64,000 bases of DNA from Bacteroidota bacterium (GCA_051715425.1 JBPXJS010000052.1:51801-115800), one strand, 5' to 3'; shown: positions 30,101 through 39,694, counted from the stretch's first letter. Notes: generated by a model not told the origin, from the letters alone. Made by a program: numbers and translations.

Positions 30101-32735
30101 TAGTGCCTCCCATAACAACAGAAGAAGCGGTAATGCTGCTTGCAGATGTCACAGTCACATTTGGAATTGAAGCCACTGCAGCTGTGGTAAATGAACTGTC
30201 AGCACCGTATCCTGTTCCCGTTGCATTGGTAGCGTAAGACCTCACATAATAAGTGGTAGCAGCCGTAAGCCCTGCAATATTTTTGGTAAAAGAACCGGCT
30301 GTAACAACCGGATTTGTGGCCGAATCAATGAGTGCGGAACCTAATACAGGTGATGGTGATGTTCCGATTACGATACCACTTGCGGTGATGGCCGACCCTC
30401 CGTTATAACCAATATTTCCGCCTGTGGTGGCTGTTATGGTGGTTATATTACTTACAGAAGCGGTAGTTAATACCGGTACAGAAATTTGGTAAATCTGCAC
30501 ATCATCAAATATCCAGCCTTCATCCGTGCCTGAACCATCGGAACCAAAACGAAAGCGAATCCGTACATCAGACCTGCCGGCTGCACCTGTAATAATGGTT
30601 TGACTCTGGATCCAGCCGGAAGATTGCGTGGAGTAAGCTGTACTGTTATTGGAAAATTTTGGTGGTGTAACAGGTCCGTTGGTTGATGTATTGTTGTACC
30701 ATGACAGACTTGTTGTGGTATTAAAATTAGCACCACTACCTGAAACCGCATCTATTTTAGTCCATGTGCCACCACTTACAGATACTTCCACAACAGCGGC
30801 ATCCCAATTGTTTTCTGTAATAAATTTATGCCTGAAAAGTAAAACAGGATCAGTTGTTAAAGAGGTAAAATCAAATGGCGGGGAATAAACGGCAGCAAGA
30901 TGTCCGTTGTCATAGTTGCCTGTTAGTTTGGTTACCCAGGCTTTGGTTCCACTATATGCTGCATTAAAGTTAGTTTTGGCAGGCGTACCCCTTTCCCAAT
31001 TGTTTCCTCCTCCTGTGGCGGCAGCCAACCAGCCATTGGCAGAAACGGCATCAAAGTTTTCTGTATACGGAAATGCGCTTACGGGAATGAGAGTGGTAAA
31101 TGAATCAAGTGCACTGTAGGCAGTTCCCGCCTGATTGATAGCATAAGCACGGTAATAATATTTGGTATTTGCTGCCAGCCCTCCAATTAATTTTGTATAC
31201 ACTCCGCTCGATATTAATGGATTGTTTGCAGAATCAACAACACCAGGACCACCAATTGCCGGATTGGTATTTATTCCATATACCACACCACTTGCTGAAA
31301 TGGTTCCGTTTCCATTGCTTGTAATATTTCCGGAAAGAGAAGCGAAATAGGCAGAAGGAACCACTGCGACTGATAAACTCACAGATGGTATATTGAGTGG
31401 CAGCGTGGTAAAACTATCATTGGTACTGTAAGCTGTTCCTGCCATATTGGAGGCATAAGCCCGAAAATAGTACCTGGTATTTGGGGTAAGGGATGCGATG
31501 TTTACATAATACGATCCTGACGTAACAAGGGGATTGGTAGCGGAATCAATTACACCCGGATCCCCTCTTGCCGGATTTGGAGTAGTGCCCAAAACCACTC
31601 CACTATTGGTAACCGGGGAACCTCCGTTTAAGGTAATATTACCTCCAACAGTGGCAGAGTTTATCCCGATACCTGAAGCGGAAGCTCCGGAAACTGTTGG
31701 TGGATTTATGGTAGCAGCAGTGGTAAATAAACTGTCGCCACCAAATCCTGTTCCTGCTACCCCGGTTGCGTAAGCCCTCACATAATAGGTAGTTGCTGGC
31801 GCCAAACCCGAAAGGTTAAAAGAATAACTTCCCAATGATTTGAGAGGAACGGTGGGCGAATCGATTACACCGGGGGTGGCGTGGGTTGGCATTGGGCTGG
31901 TGCTTATTAAAATACCACTTGAGAGAATAACCTGATGCCCGGTAGAAAGAATGCCACCACCTGCAATGGCTGAACTATTGGTTACCCCGGAAACAGTGCC
32001 GGTAACCACATGAGGGTTAAGCGGAGGTGGAGGTATAAAAGTATAACGTTGATTTGTTGCAGGTCTGGTGCCTATATTATTTGTTGGAGTGGTTGTTGAA
32101 ATACCCGGAGACACCCCAGCGTTTAGAAGGGAAACAAAGTTTGTAGGCGTGCCTCCCATTATTCCTATGGAAGCTCCACCGGTAGAACCTGGATTATAAG
32201 CAGCAGATTCCTGCCTGTAATTCAGTTCAATCACATTGGAGCCTTCGTGAAGTTTTATTTGAAAAGAAATAACCGGCCCGGGAGCCTGATAATTCCATTC
32301 CATATTTGCCCACTCAACTGTAAGTATTCTGTTGGGTGCAATACCTGATAAAATATATTTAACTCCGTTCCTGCACTGCAGATCGTCCCACAGGGCTGCA
32401 ATTCCGGGGCGCTGGGTTGATGTTGCTGTAGCCAGGTTGTTGGTAGCCGACCCGGTGCGACCCGTTCCAAACAGCAATACTCCGTTTGAAGTTGCCATTA
32501 CCTGCGTATAGTTAATACCTCCAAAATCAAAAGTAAATCCGATATTAAAAACTGCGGATATTTCATCATCAGCACTGTTGGTAAGAGAGGTGGAAGTGGC
32601 ACCTGTAAGTGGTGTATAAACCGCTGTGCCTGCATTAAAAGCATATCCCGACACATTTTGTGCCCCGGCATTTAGCATAAACAAGCCCGCAAACAAAAGG
32701 ATAAACAACCTTAAGTTTGGCTTTGGGTAATTCAT
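27114..32735 (-). CDS. Large repetitive T9SS surface protein (7 FN3-like repeats and 3 jelly-roll repeats)
   Basis: Seven YYxR[AS]YA...G repeats; three PYxxxFD...GWxxD repeats; C-terminal PNPF...KIIKE sorting domain; start uncertain (32735-32837). Confidence 0.85.
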   Translation of the reverse strand: MNYPKPNLRLFILLFAGLFMLNAGAQNVSGYAFNAGTAVYTPLTGATSTSLTNSADDEISAVFNIGFTFDFGGINYTQVMATSNGVLLFGTGRTGSATNNLATATSTQRPGIAALWDDLQCRNGVKYILSGIAPNRILTVEWANMEWNYQAPGPVISFQIKLHEGSNVIELNYRQESAAYNPGSTGGASIGIMGGTPTNFVSLLNAGVSPGISTTTPTNNIGTRPATNQRYTFIPPPPLNPHVVTGTVSGVTNSSAIAGGGILSTGHQVILSSGILISTSPMPTHATPGVIDSPTVPLKSLGSYSFNLSGLAPATTYYVRAYATGVAGTGFGGDSLFTTAATINPPTVSGASASGIGINSATVGGNITLNGGSPVTNSGVVLGTTPNPARGDPGVIDSATNPLVTSGSYYVNIASLTPNTRYYFRAYASNMAGTAYSTNDSFTTLPLNIPSVSLSVAVVPSAYFASLSGNITSNGNGTISASGVVYGINTNPAIGGPGVVDSANNPLISSGVYTKLIGGLAANTKYYYRAYAINQAGTAYSALDSFTTLIPVSAFPYTENFDAVSANGWLAAATGGGNNWERGTPAKTNFNAAYSGTKAWVTKLTGNYDNGHLAAVYSPPFDFTSLTTDPVLLFRHKFITENNWDAAVVEVSVSGGTWTKIDAVSGSGANFNTTTSLSWYNNTSTNGPVTPPKFSNNSTAYSTQSSGWIQSQTIITGAAGRSDVRIRFRFGSDGSGTDEGWIFDDVQIYQISVPVLTTASVSNITTITATTGGNIGYNGGSAITASGIVIGTSPSPVLGSALIDSATNPVVTAGSFTKNIAGLTAATTYYVRSYATNATGTGYGADSSFTTAAVASIPNVTVTSASSITASSVVMGGTITGNGGSPVITSGVVYSQSPFPVLGAPGVIDSTTNPLVTSGSFSIQAAGLSQGTTYYYRAYAINLVGIAYSAQDSFTTDIIVSALPYFQNFDSSAASGWSAAAINGGANNWVRGTPVKAAFNAAYSAPYAWVTKLSGTYDHAHHAALVSPQFDMTGISVDPVVRFRHKFITEAGWDAGIVEISIGGGAWTKLDGVVGTGSNFNTTTSTAWYNNTVGSGPIGAPKFSGNSNTYSSQTSGWLLSQTVLTGAAGQSNIRFRFRFGSDASGADEGWMIDDIEVIQVTAPFVQTGSVTNIAINTVTVSGSISSNGGAAITASGIIVSTTPAATRGTALMDSSNNPVISSGTFQLNIGGLTGATTYYIRAYAVNAVGTSYGPDSSFTTNVFAVVPTLGISAVDVNHITDSSATVSGSIISNGGGTITASGIVYGINPNPALGVGAVDSTTTPLVLSGAFGFNLKGLSSGTTYYLRSYATNAAGTGYSSQDSFITDPIVSVFPYVQTFDVNTNTGWKSASTGGVNGWVVGTPAKVHFNSAYSGTKAWVTKLSGNYDDLHDGGVISPRFNFSALTDDPILRFRHKFLTENNWDAGSVEISINGGAWAKLDASTGTGSNFNTAASYTWYNNNSANGPIFPPKYSNSSDNYSSVSAGWLTTQTRLTGAAGQANVRIRFRFGSDASGSNEGWIFDNIEVFTVSTPTIQASGIFTSNIGNDTLTLNWTSGNGSSRLVVARTSSTVSSAPSNWKMYTAASSFASGDTTMSGGNFVVYKGNGNQVKISGLSVGVSYAFDVYEMNGELMHVKYIIPGATGTATTTPVRLMYFHASEFNGDVLLNWSTASETNNAGFVIERSADGIRFEKIAFVEGNGNSNNRENYLFTDKDAFKQSRTLYYRLKQLDADGAFTYSPVIKVMLNNLLNTAISVKPNPFNQQLTVALSIPADGLVQFSITDMTGKIVWSNRFLAKAGNSFISLEHIEMLKSGPYLMSVTTSETTKVIKIIKE

Positions 32736-33084
32736 TACTGTATTCAGCCGTTTTAGCATTTGTCTGTTCATGGCGCCAAAGCGCGTAGGGTGCTGTTTCA
32801 GGAATATATGAGGCTGACCTCTGCTAAACATTACCAATTGTTGAATTCCATGGATACCATTTCCATAAAAAAAAATTCTCTTTTAGTAACTGGTTTATAT
32901 GAATATGAATGATTCATAAATTACCTGCAAGATCACAGAAAAGCGCGTCAAATACAAGTTTTAAGCATTATTTAATTGTTAGAAAATGGGTATTAGCATC
33001 ACTTCCATCCTCCATAGAATTACGCGGTATTATTTTATATCTTACACATCAACATATTTACTTTTTGCTACTTTTGCCACCTCA

Positions 33085-33915
33085 ATGGCCTTAGACCAGT
33101 TTCCTGAAGATTACGACAACCCAAAAGAAATGAGCTTTTTCGATCATATCGATGAGTTCAGAAGTCATATTGTGCGCTCGGTAATTGCCGTGCTTGTATT
33201 AAGCATATTGGCGTTTTTTAATAAGTACCTGCTTTTTGATGTGATTATATTTGGGCCCATTCACCTTGATTTCTGGACTTACCGTGTACTGTGCGATCTC
33301 TCTCATTATTTTACCGGAACTGATCAGTATTGTATTAAGGAAATGGGCTTCGAGCTTTCCAATATTACCATGTCGGGGCAGTTTACGGAGCACCTGTTTG
33401 TTTCTTTTGTAAGTGGTTTAATTCTGGCTTTCCCTTTTATTCTGTGGGAACTGTGGCGTTTTATTAAACCGGCACTCAGTTCAAAAGAAGTCGGGTATGC
33501 AAGAGGGTTGGTTTTTTTCAGTTCTGCTTTGTTTTTTATTGGTATTCTGTTTGGCTATTTTTTCCTTTCCCCATTATCCATCAACTTTTTAGGATCATAC
33601 AAGGTAAGCGAACTGGTAAGCAATGAGATTAACCTCGATTCTTATGTGTCGTTTATAGCTACCCTTACATTTGCCACCGGGCTCATTTTTGAAATGCCCA
33701 TTCTGGTTTATTTCCTGTCAAAAATAGGTATACTGAGCAGTGCATGGATGGGTAAAAACAGGAGATATGCCATAGTTATTATCCTTGTGTTGGCCGGTTT
33801 GCTTACCCCATCACCAGATATTGCCAGTATGATTTTAATGTTTATACCGCTGTATGGCTTGTATGAATTAAGTATTCTTGTGGCAAAAGGAGTGGAAAGA
33901 AACAGGATTAAATAG
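33085..33915 (+). CDS. tatC: Twin-arginine translocase subunit TatC
   Basis: EMSFFDHIDEFR, FIKPAL, FEMP, RRYA, LTPSPD; start MALD preceded by TACTTTTG (33069-33076). Confidence 0.93.
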   Translation: MALDQFPEDYDNPKEMSFFDHIDEFRSHIVRSVIAVLVLSILAFFNKYLLFDVIIFGPIHLDFWTYRVLCDLSHYFTGTDQYCIKEMGFELSNITMSGQFTEHLFVSFVSGLILAFPFILWELWRFIKPALSSKEVGYARGLVFFSSALFFIGILFGYFFLSPLSINFLGSYKVSELVSNEINLDSYVSFIATLTFATGLIFEMPILVYFLSKIGILSSAWMGKNRRYAIVIILVLAGLLTPSPDIASMILMFIPLYGLYELSILVAKGVERNRIK

Positions 33916-33977
33916 TGTGGAATGAAAGTGATCAACTTTCGGTTTTTTACTGATTAATTAGCAAAAAAATTCATCTT

Positions 33978-34406
33978 ATGAAAATAGCAATCGGTGGCGA
34001 TCATGCCGGATTTACCTATAAAGAAGAGATTAAAAAAATGCTGGCTGAAAATGGCCACGAGGTAACTGATTTTGGCCCTTACAGCGAGGTATCGGTTGAT
34101 TATCCTGATTTTGCCCATCCCCTGGCCATTTCTGTTGAAAAAGGAGAAAATGAATTGGGGATATTAATTTGCGGAAGCGGAAACGGGGTAGCCATTACAG
34201 CCAATAAACATCAGGGAGTTCGGGCGGCCCTTTGCTGGCTGGATGAGCTGGGAGCACTTGCCAGGCAGCACAACAACGCCAATGTATTATGCCTTCCGGC
34301 ACGTTTTATTTCTCCCGATCTGGCAAAGCAAATTACCAATACTTTTCTTTCTACTCCATTTGAAGGAGGTAGGCATGAAAACCGGGTAAATAAAATTTCA
34401 TGCTAA
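33978..34406 (+). CDS. rpiB: Ribose-5-phosphate isomerase B
   Basis: DHAG, SVDYPD, CGSGNG, HNNAN, FEGGRH. Confidence 0.96.
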   Translation: MKIAIGGDHAGFTYKEEIKKMLAENGHEVTDFGPYSEVSVDYPDFAHPLAISVEKGENELGILICGSGNGVAITANKHQGVRAALCWLDELGALARQHNNANVLCLPARFISPDLAKQITNTFLSTPFEGGRHENRVNKISC

Positions 34407-34432
34407 TTGCTCAACACTGATTCTCTTTACTC

Positions 34433-35341
34433 ATGACATCAACAAACCCTCTGCTTCAGCAACTCAAAGATGGAAACAGGCGTGCGCTTGCGCGGGTGAT
34501 TAGCATGGTTGAAAATGAGCAGGAAGGTTATGAGCCATTTTTAGCATCATTAACTTTTTCATTACAAACCCCCATTATAGGAATAACCGGACCTCCCGGA
34601 GCAGGGAAAAGTTCTCTTATTGCCGCTCTTGCCAAAGAAATTACTTCCCGTGGTAAAAGCCTTGCCATTATTGCTGTAGATCCAAGTTCGCCTTTTAACC
34701 AGGGTGCCATTATGGGCGACAGGCTAAGGATGAGTGAACACTTTATGCATCCCGATGTATTTATCAGGAGTATGGCTACAAGGGGAAGCCTTGGCGGGCT
34801 GGCACCCAAAATAGTTGAAGTGGCAGATGTGATGAGGGCTGCGGGTTTTGATTATATCATTATAGAAACAGTTGGTGTTGGGCAAAGTGAAGTGGAAATA
34901 GCCTCTCTGGCAGATACCACGGTGCTGGTTTTGGTTCCTGAAGCAGGTGATGAGATTCAAACCATTAAAAGCGGGGTAATGGAAATTGCAGATGTATATG
35001 TATTGAATAAAGCAGACCGCGATGGAGCCGATGTGTTTTTTAAAAATCTTTTTGTACTGGCTCATACCAATACCCGCGAAGGCTGGGAAGCTCCTGTTGT
35101 AAAGACCGTAGCCATTAAAAATGAAGGCGTGGGATTGCTGCTGGAAGCCATTGAAAAACATGGGCAACATGGTGGCAGTTTATATAAAAAAGCCCATTTG
35201 ATGACCGAAAAAGCCATTGCATTAATTAAAAACAAACGTACCAGGGATATTTCCTTCACGCAAATAGAAAAAGAACTGCAACAATTAATGATTGATAAAA
35301 ACTTTAACCTCTACCAATATGTTTCTAAGTTTGTTGACTAG
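34433..35341 (+). CDS. meaB: Methylmalonyl-CoA mutase-associated GTPase MeaB/ArgK
   Basis: GITGPPGAGKS, AVDPSS, GDRLRM, ETVGVGQSE, NKAD. Confidence 0.93.
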   Translation: MTSTNPLLQQLKDGNRRALARVISMVENEQEGYEPFLASLTFSLQTPIIGITGPPGAGKSSLIAALAKEITSRGKSLAIIAVDPSSPFNQGAIMGDRLRMSEHFMHPDVFIRSMATRGSLGGLAPKIVEVADVMRAAGFDYIIIETVGVGQSEVEIASLADTTVLVLVPEAGDEIQTIKSGVMEIADVYVLNKADRDGADVFFKNLFVLAHTNTREGWEAPVVKTVAIKNEGVGLLLEAIEKHGQHGGSLYKKAHLMTEKAIALIKNKRTRDISFTQIEKELQQLMIDKNFNLYQYVSKFVD

Positions 35342-35387
35342 TTAAAAGCAGGGTACAACAACCCGCCTTTAAACACAAGAAGTTATC

Positions 35388-35975
35388 ATGAAAATTTGCA
35401 TCATATCAGGATCCGCACGCGAAAACAACAATACCATTAGAGTAGCTTATGCCCTTGAGCGTATGCTGTCAATGGAGCATCAGGTTACATTAATTGATTT
35501 TCAGCAATACGATATTCCGTTTATTAACCAGGCTCAAGTTACTCCGGAAAACTTATCCTTATTCCAGCAGCAGCTGGCAAACGGAATGCGGGAAGCACAG
35601 CTCGTTATTCTTATTTCACCTGAGTATAACTGGAGCACCACACCTGAAATTCTGAACTTCCTCCACCGTTTTGGCGACCGGGAGTTTAAGGACCTGTTTG
35701 ACAATAAAGTATTTTCACTGGTTGGTGTTTCTACAGGCAAAGGAGGAAAAACACCCGCCTTACACCTTACTTCTATTCTCCATAAAATTATCAGCTACCT
35801 CAATCTCGAATCAGTGGTTTGTCCCAAGATATTCGAATCTCACTTTACCAAAGAAGTGCTGGATGCAGGAGGAAACTCTCTTGGCAATCAGTTATATGAT
35901 ATCGGGATGAATACGTTTCTTGACTATACGTTACGCACCACAATGAGGTGGCATCAGGCATCAGGGAAAAACTAA
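35388..35975 (+). CDS. NADPH-dependent FMN reductase
   Basis: ISGSAR, SPEYN, flavodoxin-like pattern. Confidence 0.85.
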   Translation: MKICIISGSARENNNTIRVAYALERMLSMEHQVTLIDFQQYDIPFINQAQVTPENLSLFQQQLANGMREAQLVILISPEYNWSTTPEILNFLHRFGDREFKDLFDNKVFSLVGVSTGKGGKTPALHLTSILHKIISYLNLESVVCPKIFESHFTKEVLDAGGNSLGNQLYDIGMNTFLDYTLRTTMRWHQASGKN

Positions 35976-36015
35976 TCTCCACCCTGTTGCAGGGAAGGAA
36001 TTTCCATTCATTCTT

Positions 36016-36318
36016 TTAATAAGGATAGCGTTCCGGATTCAACTGTCTGAGTTTGTAACATCTGAAAGCTTCAATAGGTTCATCAATCACTGTGCTGGCC
36101 AAATAAATGATTCTGTGCTCTAAGTACTTCGCGTTTAGCAGTGCTGCTTTTACTTTTTCATCCCCATAAAATCGCCTGCAATAACGTATATCCTCTACAT
36201 CTCCGCGGTTAAAAACCCTTTCGATAATAAAACAGGCATGGGCATTCATATCCATTGCAGAGGCATCCACATCCCAGAAAATACGCTTATCAAAGTATGG
36301 TTTATCGGGCTTATCCAT
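36016..36318 (-). CDS. DUF6922-like protein
   Basis: FWDVD...FIIERVFNRGD...YG...FRCY pattern. Confidence 0.7.
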   Translation of the reverse strand: MDKPDKPYFDKRIFWDVDASAMDMNAHACFIIERVFNRGDVEDIRYCRRFYGDEKVKAALLNAKYLEHRIIYLASTVIDEPIEAFRCYKLRQLNPERYPY

Positions 36319-36343
36319 TTATTTGCTCACAATTTACCCTTTT

Positions 36344-36715
36344 CTACCATTTCCTGAATATTACAAATACGGCCAGCACAATCAGGGCAAAACCCAAAAT
36401 ATGGTTCCATTGAAGTTGCCCCTCCTTGAAAACCAGCACATTTACCAGCACAAAAACAATAATAGATACTGCCTCCTGAATGGTTTTGAGTTCAAACAAA
36501 TCAAAAGGCCCTCCATGTCCGCTATGGCCAATGCGGTTGGCCGGAACCTGAAACATATATTCAAATAAGGCTATGAGCCAACTGATTAATATCACCCCAA
36601 TAAGACCTGTGCTCTTGAGCCAGTCGATTTTCTGAAACTGCAGGTGTCCGTACCAGGCAAATGTCATAAACAGGTTAGAAATCACCAGTAAAATAATGGT
36701 ATATGCCGCTTTCAT
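36344..36715 (-). CDS. Small DMT-superfamily membrane protein (DUF486 / DMT_6)
   Basis: SNLFMTFAWYGHL, EYMFQVPANRIG, LKTIQE. Confidence 0.88.
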   Translation of the reverse strand: MKAAYTIILLVISNLFMTFAWYGHLQFQKIDWLKSTGLIGVILISWLIALFEYMFQVPANRIGHSGHGGPFDLFELKTIQEAVSIIVFVLVNVLVFKEGQLQWNHILGFALIVLAVFVIFRKW

Positions 36716-36873
36716 TGGATTAATTTTTTATTAATTTAATTCACATATTAGCCCCCAAAAGCAATGATGGCATGTAAAACAGGCCTTTGCCCGGAGTTGT
36801 TTCCGTGAGGTTTATTTTTTGAATATTCAAAAATGAGTACTTTCGCAGCGGAGACCAACAAAAACATATAAAC

Positions 36874-37227
36874 ATGAAGCAACAAATTGAAGCCATAAAA
36901 AAAACGATTGATACAGAAGGCATCAATGAGAACGTAGTAAAGCAGTTACAGGACTTACGTGAGTGGTTTAAGGCCAACCTGAGCGAACCCGGATACGTAA
37001 GAATGATACGCCTGGCATACGAGAATATTGAAGAAAACGGAGATTATACCTTTTTGTACCTTGAAGATGAGGATGGTAAAGCCAACCTGAAGTATTTCCT
37101 TGAGTTATTGGGTGATTACCTGAACAAATACAATAAAGATGAATTAATTGATGTACGCCATGTAATGGAAGGTACTACAAGAGAAGACGAGGAAGAGGAA
37201 GAAGAAGATATGGAAGCTCAGGCTTAA
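36874..37227 (+). CDS. Hypothetical protein with acidic tail
   Basis: 117-aa ORF with AT-rich upstream region and a downstream terminator. Confidence 0.7.
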   Translation: MKQQIEAIKKTIDTEGINENVVKQLQDLREWFKANLSEPGYVRMIRLAYENIEENGDYTFLYLEDEDGKANLKYFLELLGDYLNKYNKDELIDVRHVMEGTTREDEEEEEEDMEAQA

Positions 37228-37232
37228 TTACT

Positions 37233-37259
37233 AAAAAAAACGGCAATGCCGTTTTTTTT
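37233..37259. terminator. Bidirectional intrinsic terminator
   Basis: A8-CGGC-AAT-GCCG-T8 between convergent genes. Confidence 0.85.
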
Positions 37260-37263
37260 ATGC

Positions 37264-37932
37264 CTATACAATAAAATACCCTTTACGGATGGCATACATG
37301 ACTAATCCGGCAGTGTTTTTTGCTCCTGTTTTTGCGAGCAGTCTGTTGCGATAATTTTCAATGGTTTTTGGGCCAAGGTTTAGCATGGTGGCAATTTCGG
37401 CATTGGTGTATTCAGAGCAAATCAGTTTTAGCAACTCGGCCTCCTGCTCGTTTAACTCTTCACCGGTAACACTTCTGTTTTCTCTGAAAGTATCTTTATC
37501 TACAATACTTTTAAGCAGCCTCAGGGAAATATTATGGTTAAAATAATAATCCTGATCCATCACCGTGCGTATAGCATCCACAATTTCATCGGGTGAAGAA
37601 TCTTTTAGCAAATAGGCGCTGGCACCGGCTTTAAACATGTTTACCACATGAAAATGGTTTTCGTAAACGGAGAGACCAATTACTTTAATGGCAGGATATT
37701 TTTGTTTAATCATATTGGTTGTTTCCACCCCGTCCATTCCTGTCATTTTCATGTCAACCAATATCACTTCAGGTTTTTGTTTTATTGCCTTAAGCCAAAC
37801 CAGCAGGTCTTCCCCGCAGGAAACATCAGTCATTATTTCCAGGTCCTCAAATGGCTGTAAGGAGGCCATCAATCCTCTTCTGAAAATCTGATGGTCGTCT
37901 GCAATAGCTATATGAATTACCGGATTTATCAT
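37264..37932 (-). CDS. NarL/LuxR-family response regulator
   Basis: IADDH, VILVDMKM REC domain; C-terminal TNAEIA...KTIENYR...KNTAGL LuxR HTH. Confidence 0.93.
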   Translation of the reverse strand: MINPVIHIAIADDHQIFRRGLMASLQPFEDLEIMTDVSCGEDLLVWLKAIKQKPEVILVDMKMTGMDGVETTNMIKQKYPAIKVIGLSVYENHFHVVNMFKAGASAYLLKDSSPDEIVDAIRTVMDQDYYFNHNISLRLLKSIVDKDTFRENRSVTGEELNEQEAELLKLICSEYTNAEIATMLNLGPKTIENYRNRLLAKTGAKNTAGLVMYAIRKGYFIV

Positions 37933-37941
37933 TTTATAAAA

Positions 37942-38742
37942 TTAAACAACAGGTATGGTAACATCAACCCGAATACCCTTATTTTTTTCGGACGTAAAAA
38001 CAATGGTACCGTTTAATGCACTTACCCGGCTTTCCATGCTCAACAATCCCAGGCCTTTTCCTTTTTTCTCTTCCACATTCATTCCCACCCCGTCATCGGT
38101 ATAAGTATAAACCAATTTATTCGTTTTGTTTTTAATATCAATAGACGCTTTTCTGGCACCTGCGTACTTTATGGTATTGTTAAGCAACTCCTGGGTTATT
38201 CTGAAAACAGCCTTCTCTATATCTCCAGGCAAACGTTCGGGTTCGCCTTCGTAATAATAGTTAATTTGCAGTTTGCCCGACTCATTTATTTTATAACACA
38301 TATCTGTAATGGCATCAAACAACCCAAAATCGTTGAGCACCACAGGCATTAATTTTCTTGAAATATTTCTGGTTTCGTTAATAGATTGTTTGTTTAACTC
38401 CTGCATGGAGTTTATTTGTTTCAGTATGGAAGGCTTATCTATTTCATTTTCTTTAAGCCTCGATTCCATGGTATTGAGGTTCATCAATAAGGTGGTAAGC
38501 ATCTGGCTCAGGCTATCATGGAGCTCGGCAGCAAACTGTTCCTTTTCGTTTTCCTGTGTGGCAATAATGGCCTCGAGCATTTTTTTCTGGTTGGCCATTT
38601 CCATCTCATGCAATTGCACCTTATGGTTAAGTCTTCTGCGTTCGTAAAGAATCACAAACAAAAATATAAATACAAACACCACGAGCATAATCATGGTTCC
38701 TGCAATAAGGATAAGGTTTATTTCGCTGTTCGTTTGCTGCAT
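37942..38742 (-). CDS. HisKA_3 histidine kinase with one N-terminal TM helix and no sensor domain
   Basis: AAELHDSLSQ H-box, QELLNNTIKY N-box, DDGVG, GLGL. Confidence 0.9.
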   Translation of the reverse strand: MQQTNSEINLILIAGTMIMLVVFVFIFLFVILYERRRLNHKVQLHEMEMANQKKMLEAIIATQENEKEQFAAELHDSLSQMLTTLLMNLNTMESRLKENEIDKPSILKQINSMQELNKQSINETRNISRKLMPVVLNDFGLFDAITDMCYKINESGKLQINYYYEGEPERLPGDIEKAVFRITQELLNNTIKYAGARKASIDIKNKTNKLVYTYTDDGVGMNVEEKKGKGLGLLSMESRVSALNGTIVFTSEKNKGIRVDVTIPVV

Positions 38743-39374
38743 ATAAAACCAACTGTATATAATATATTACTTGCGATATTCAAGCCGGAGTGGATAACCC
38801 ACATATTTTGATTCCATTCGTGTGACTTGCTTAAAATTACATTATATAACATAAACAAGAAACAATTACCCATAAAATAAAGCAACAAACCAGAGTTTAG
38901 CCAAAATGTAGGACGCTTCTCAAGTGGTATGTTGCTATGGCTATTCAACTTGTGATAAAAATAACCTAGCCCGGCAATCGTCAGAATAAAGGATTCTATT
39001 GTTCTAAATAAGGTATTAAACATCCAAATGTTACCTGCAGTGAGCATATAAACAACATCTGAAATAACAAATAAAACAAGGACGACAAGTATGGTTCTTT
39101 TAACAATAGTATTTGTAAAAAGAACATAAAAAAATACCAGTAGAAGTGATGCCTCAATAATAGTAAATAAATGAAGCTCCGGAAGATTATTGATATTATT
39201 CTTTGCCAATATCAGAGATACAAACTCTGATATTGTAGAGAAAAAGATGAGGTATGAAAATATTTTTACTGGAATACTTGAAACCCTGTAGCACGATACT
39301 GCCATGACCAGTGGAGGCAGTATCGATAATACAGAGATATCTGAAATTACATTATAAAAAGAATTGCTGTCCAA
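38718..39374 (-). CDS. Multi-pass (~7 TM) membrane protein, candidate co-sensor
   Basis: TTG start; about 7 hydrophobic segments; NNLPELH and FWLNSGLLLYF; overlaps the kinase start by 25 nt. Confidence 0.75.
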   Translation of the reverse strand: MDSNSFYNVISDISVLSILPPLVMAVSCYRVSSIPVKIFSYLIFFSTISEFVSLILAKNNINNLPELHLFTIIEASLLLVFFYVLFTNTIVKRTILVVLVLFVISDVVYMLTAGNIWMFNTLFRTIESFILTIAGLGYFYHKLNSHSNIPLEKRPTFWLNSGLLLYFMGNCFLFMLYNVILSKSHEWNQNMWVIHSGLNIASNILYTVGFICSKRTAK

Positions 39375-39382
39375 AGCAATAA

Positions 39383-39694
39383 CTAATTATTTAGTGAGTT
39401 TGCCATACCGCATTGGGATGGACAAGGTTTCGAATAATCCGCGACTACCCCATCAACCATATCGTTCTCATTGGCATCTGCCCCAACAAGGATAAGTTGC
39501 TGTGTTCCGTCATCGTCTAATGCATAATAAATCCGGATGCCTTCGCACCCCTCCTGTGCCAGAATTTCATTTAAAATATCTTTCCCAAAAAAGTGGGCCC
39601 TGATTCCTTCTGAATTGGCGTTTCTGTAATTGGCAGTCCAGGATGCTGCCTTGCTGAGCTCAATTGGAGCTCCTTCTGATCCGTTGAATGGCAT
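39383..39694 (-). CDS. Small protein with C-terminal PCPxxC motif
   Basis: 103 aa; GIRIYYA, LILVGAD, DYSKPCPSQC; first gene of the signalling operon; probable -7 TAAATTCG at 39729-39722. Confidence 0.8.
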   Translation of the reverse strand: MPFNGSEGAPIELSKAASWTANYRNANSEGIRAHFFGKDILNEILAQEGCEGIRIYYALDDDGTQQLILVGADANENDMVDGVVADYSKPCPSQCGMANSLNN

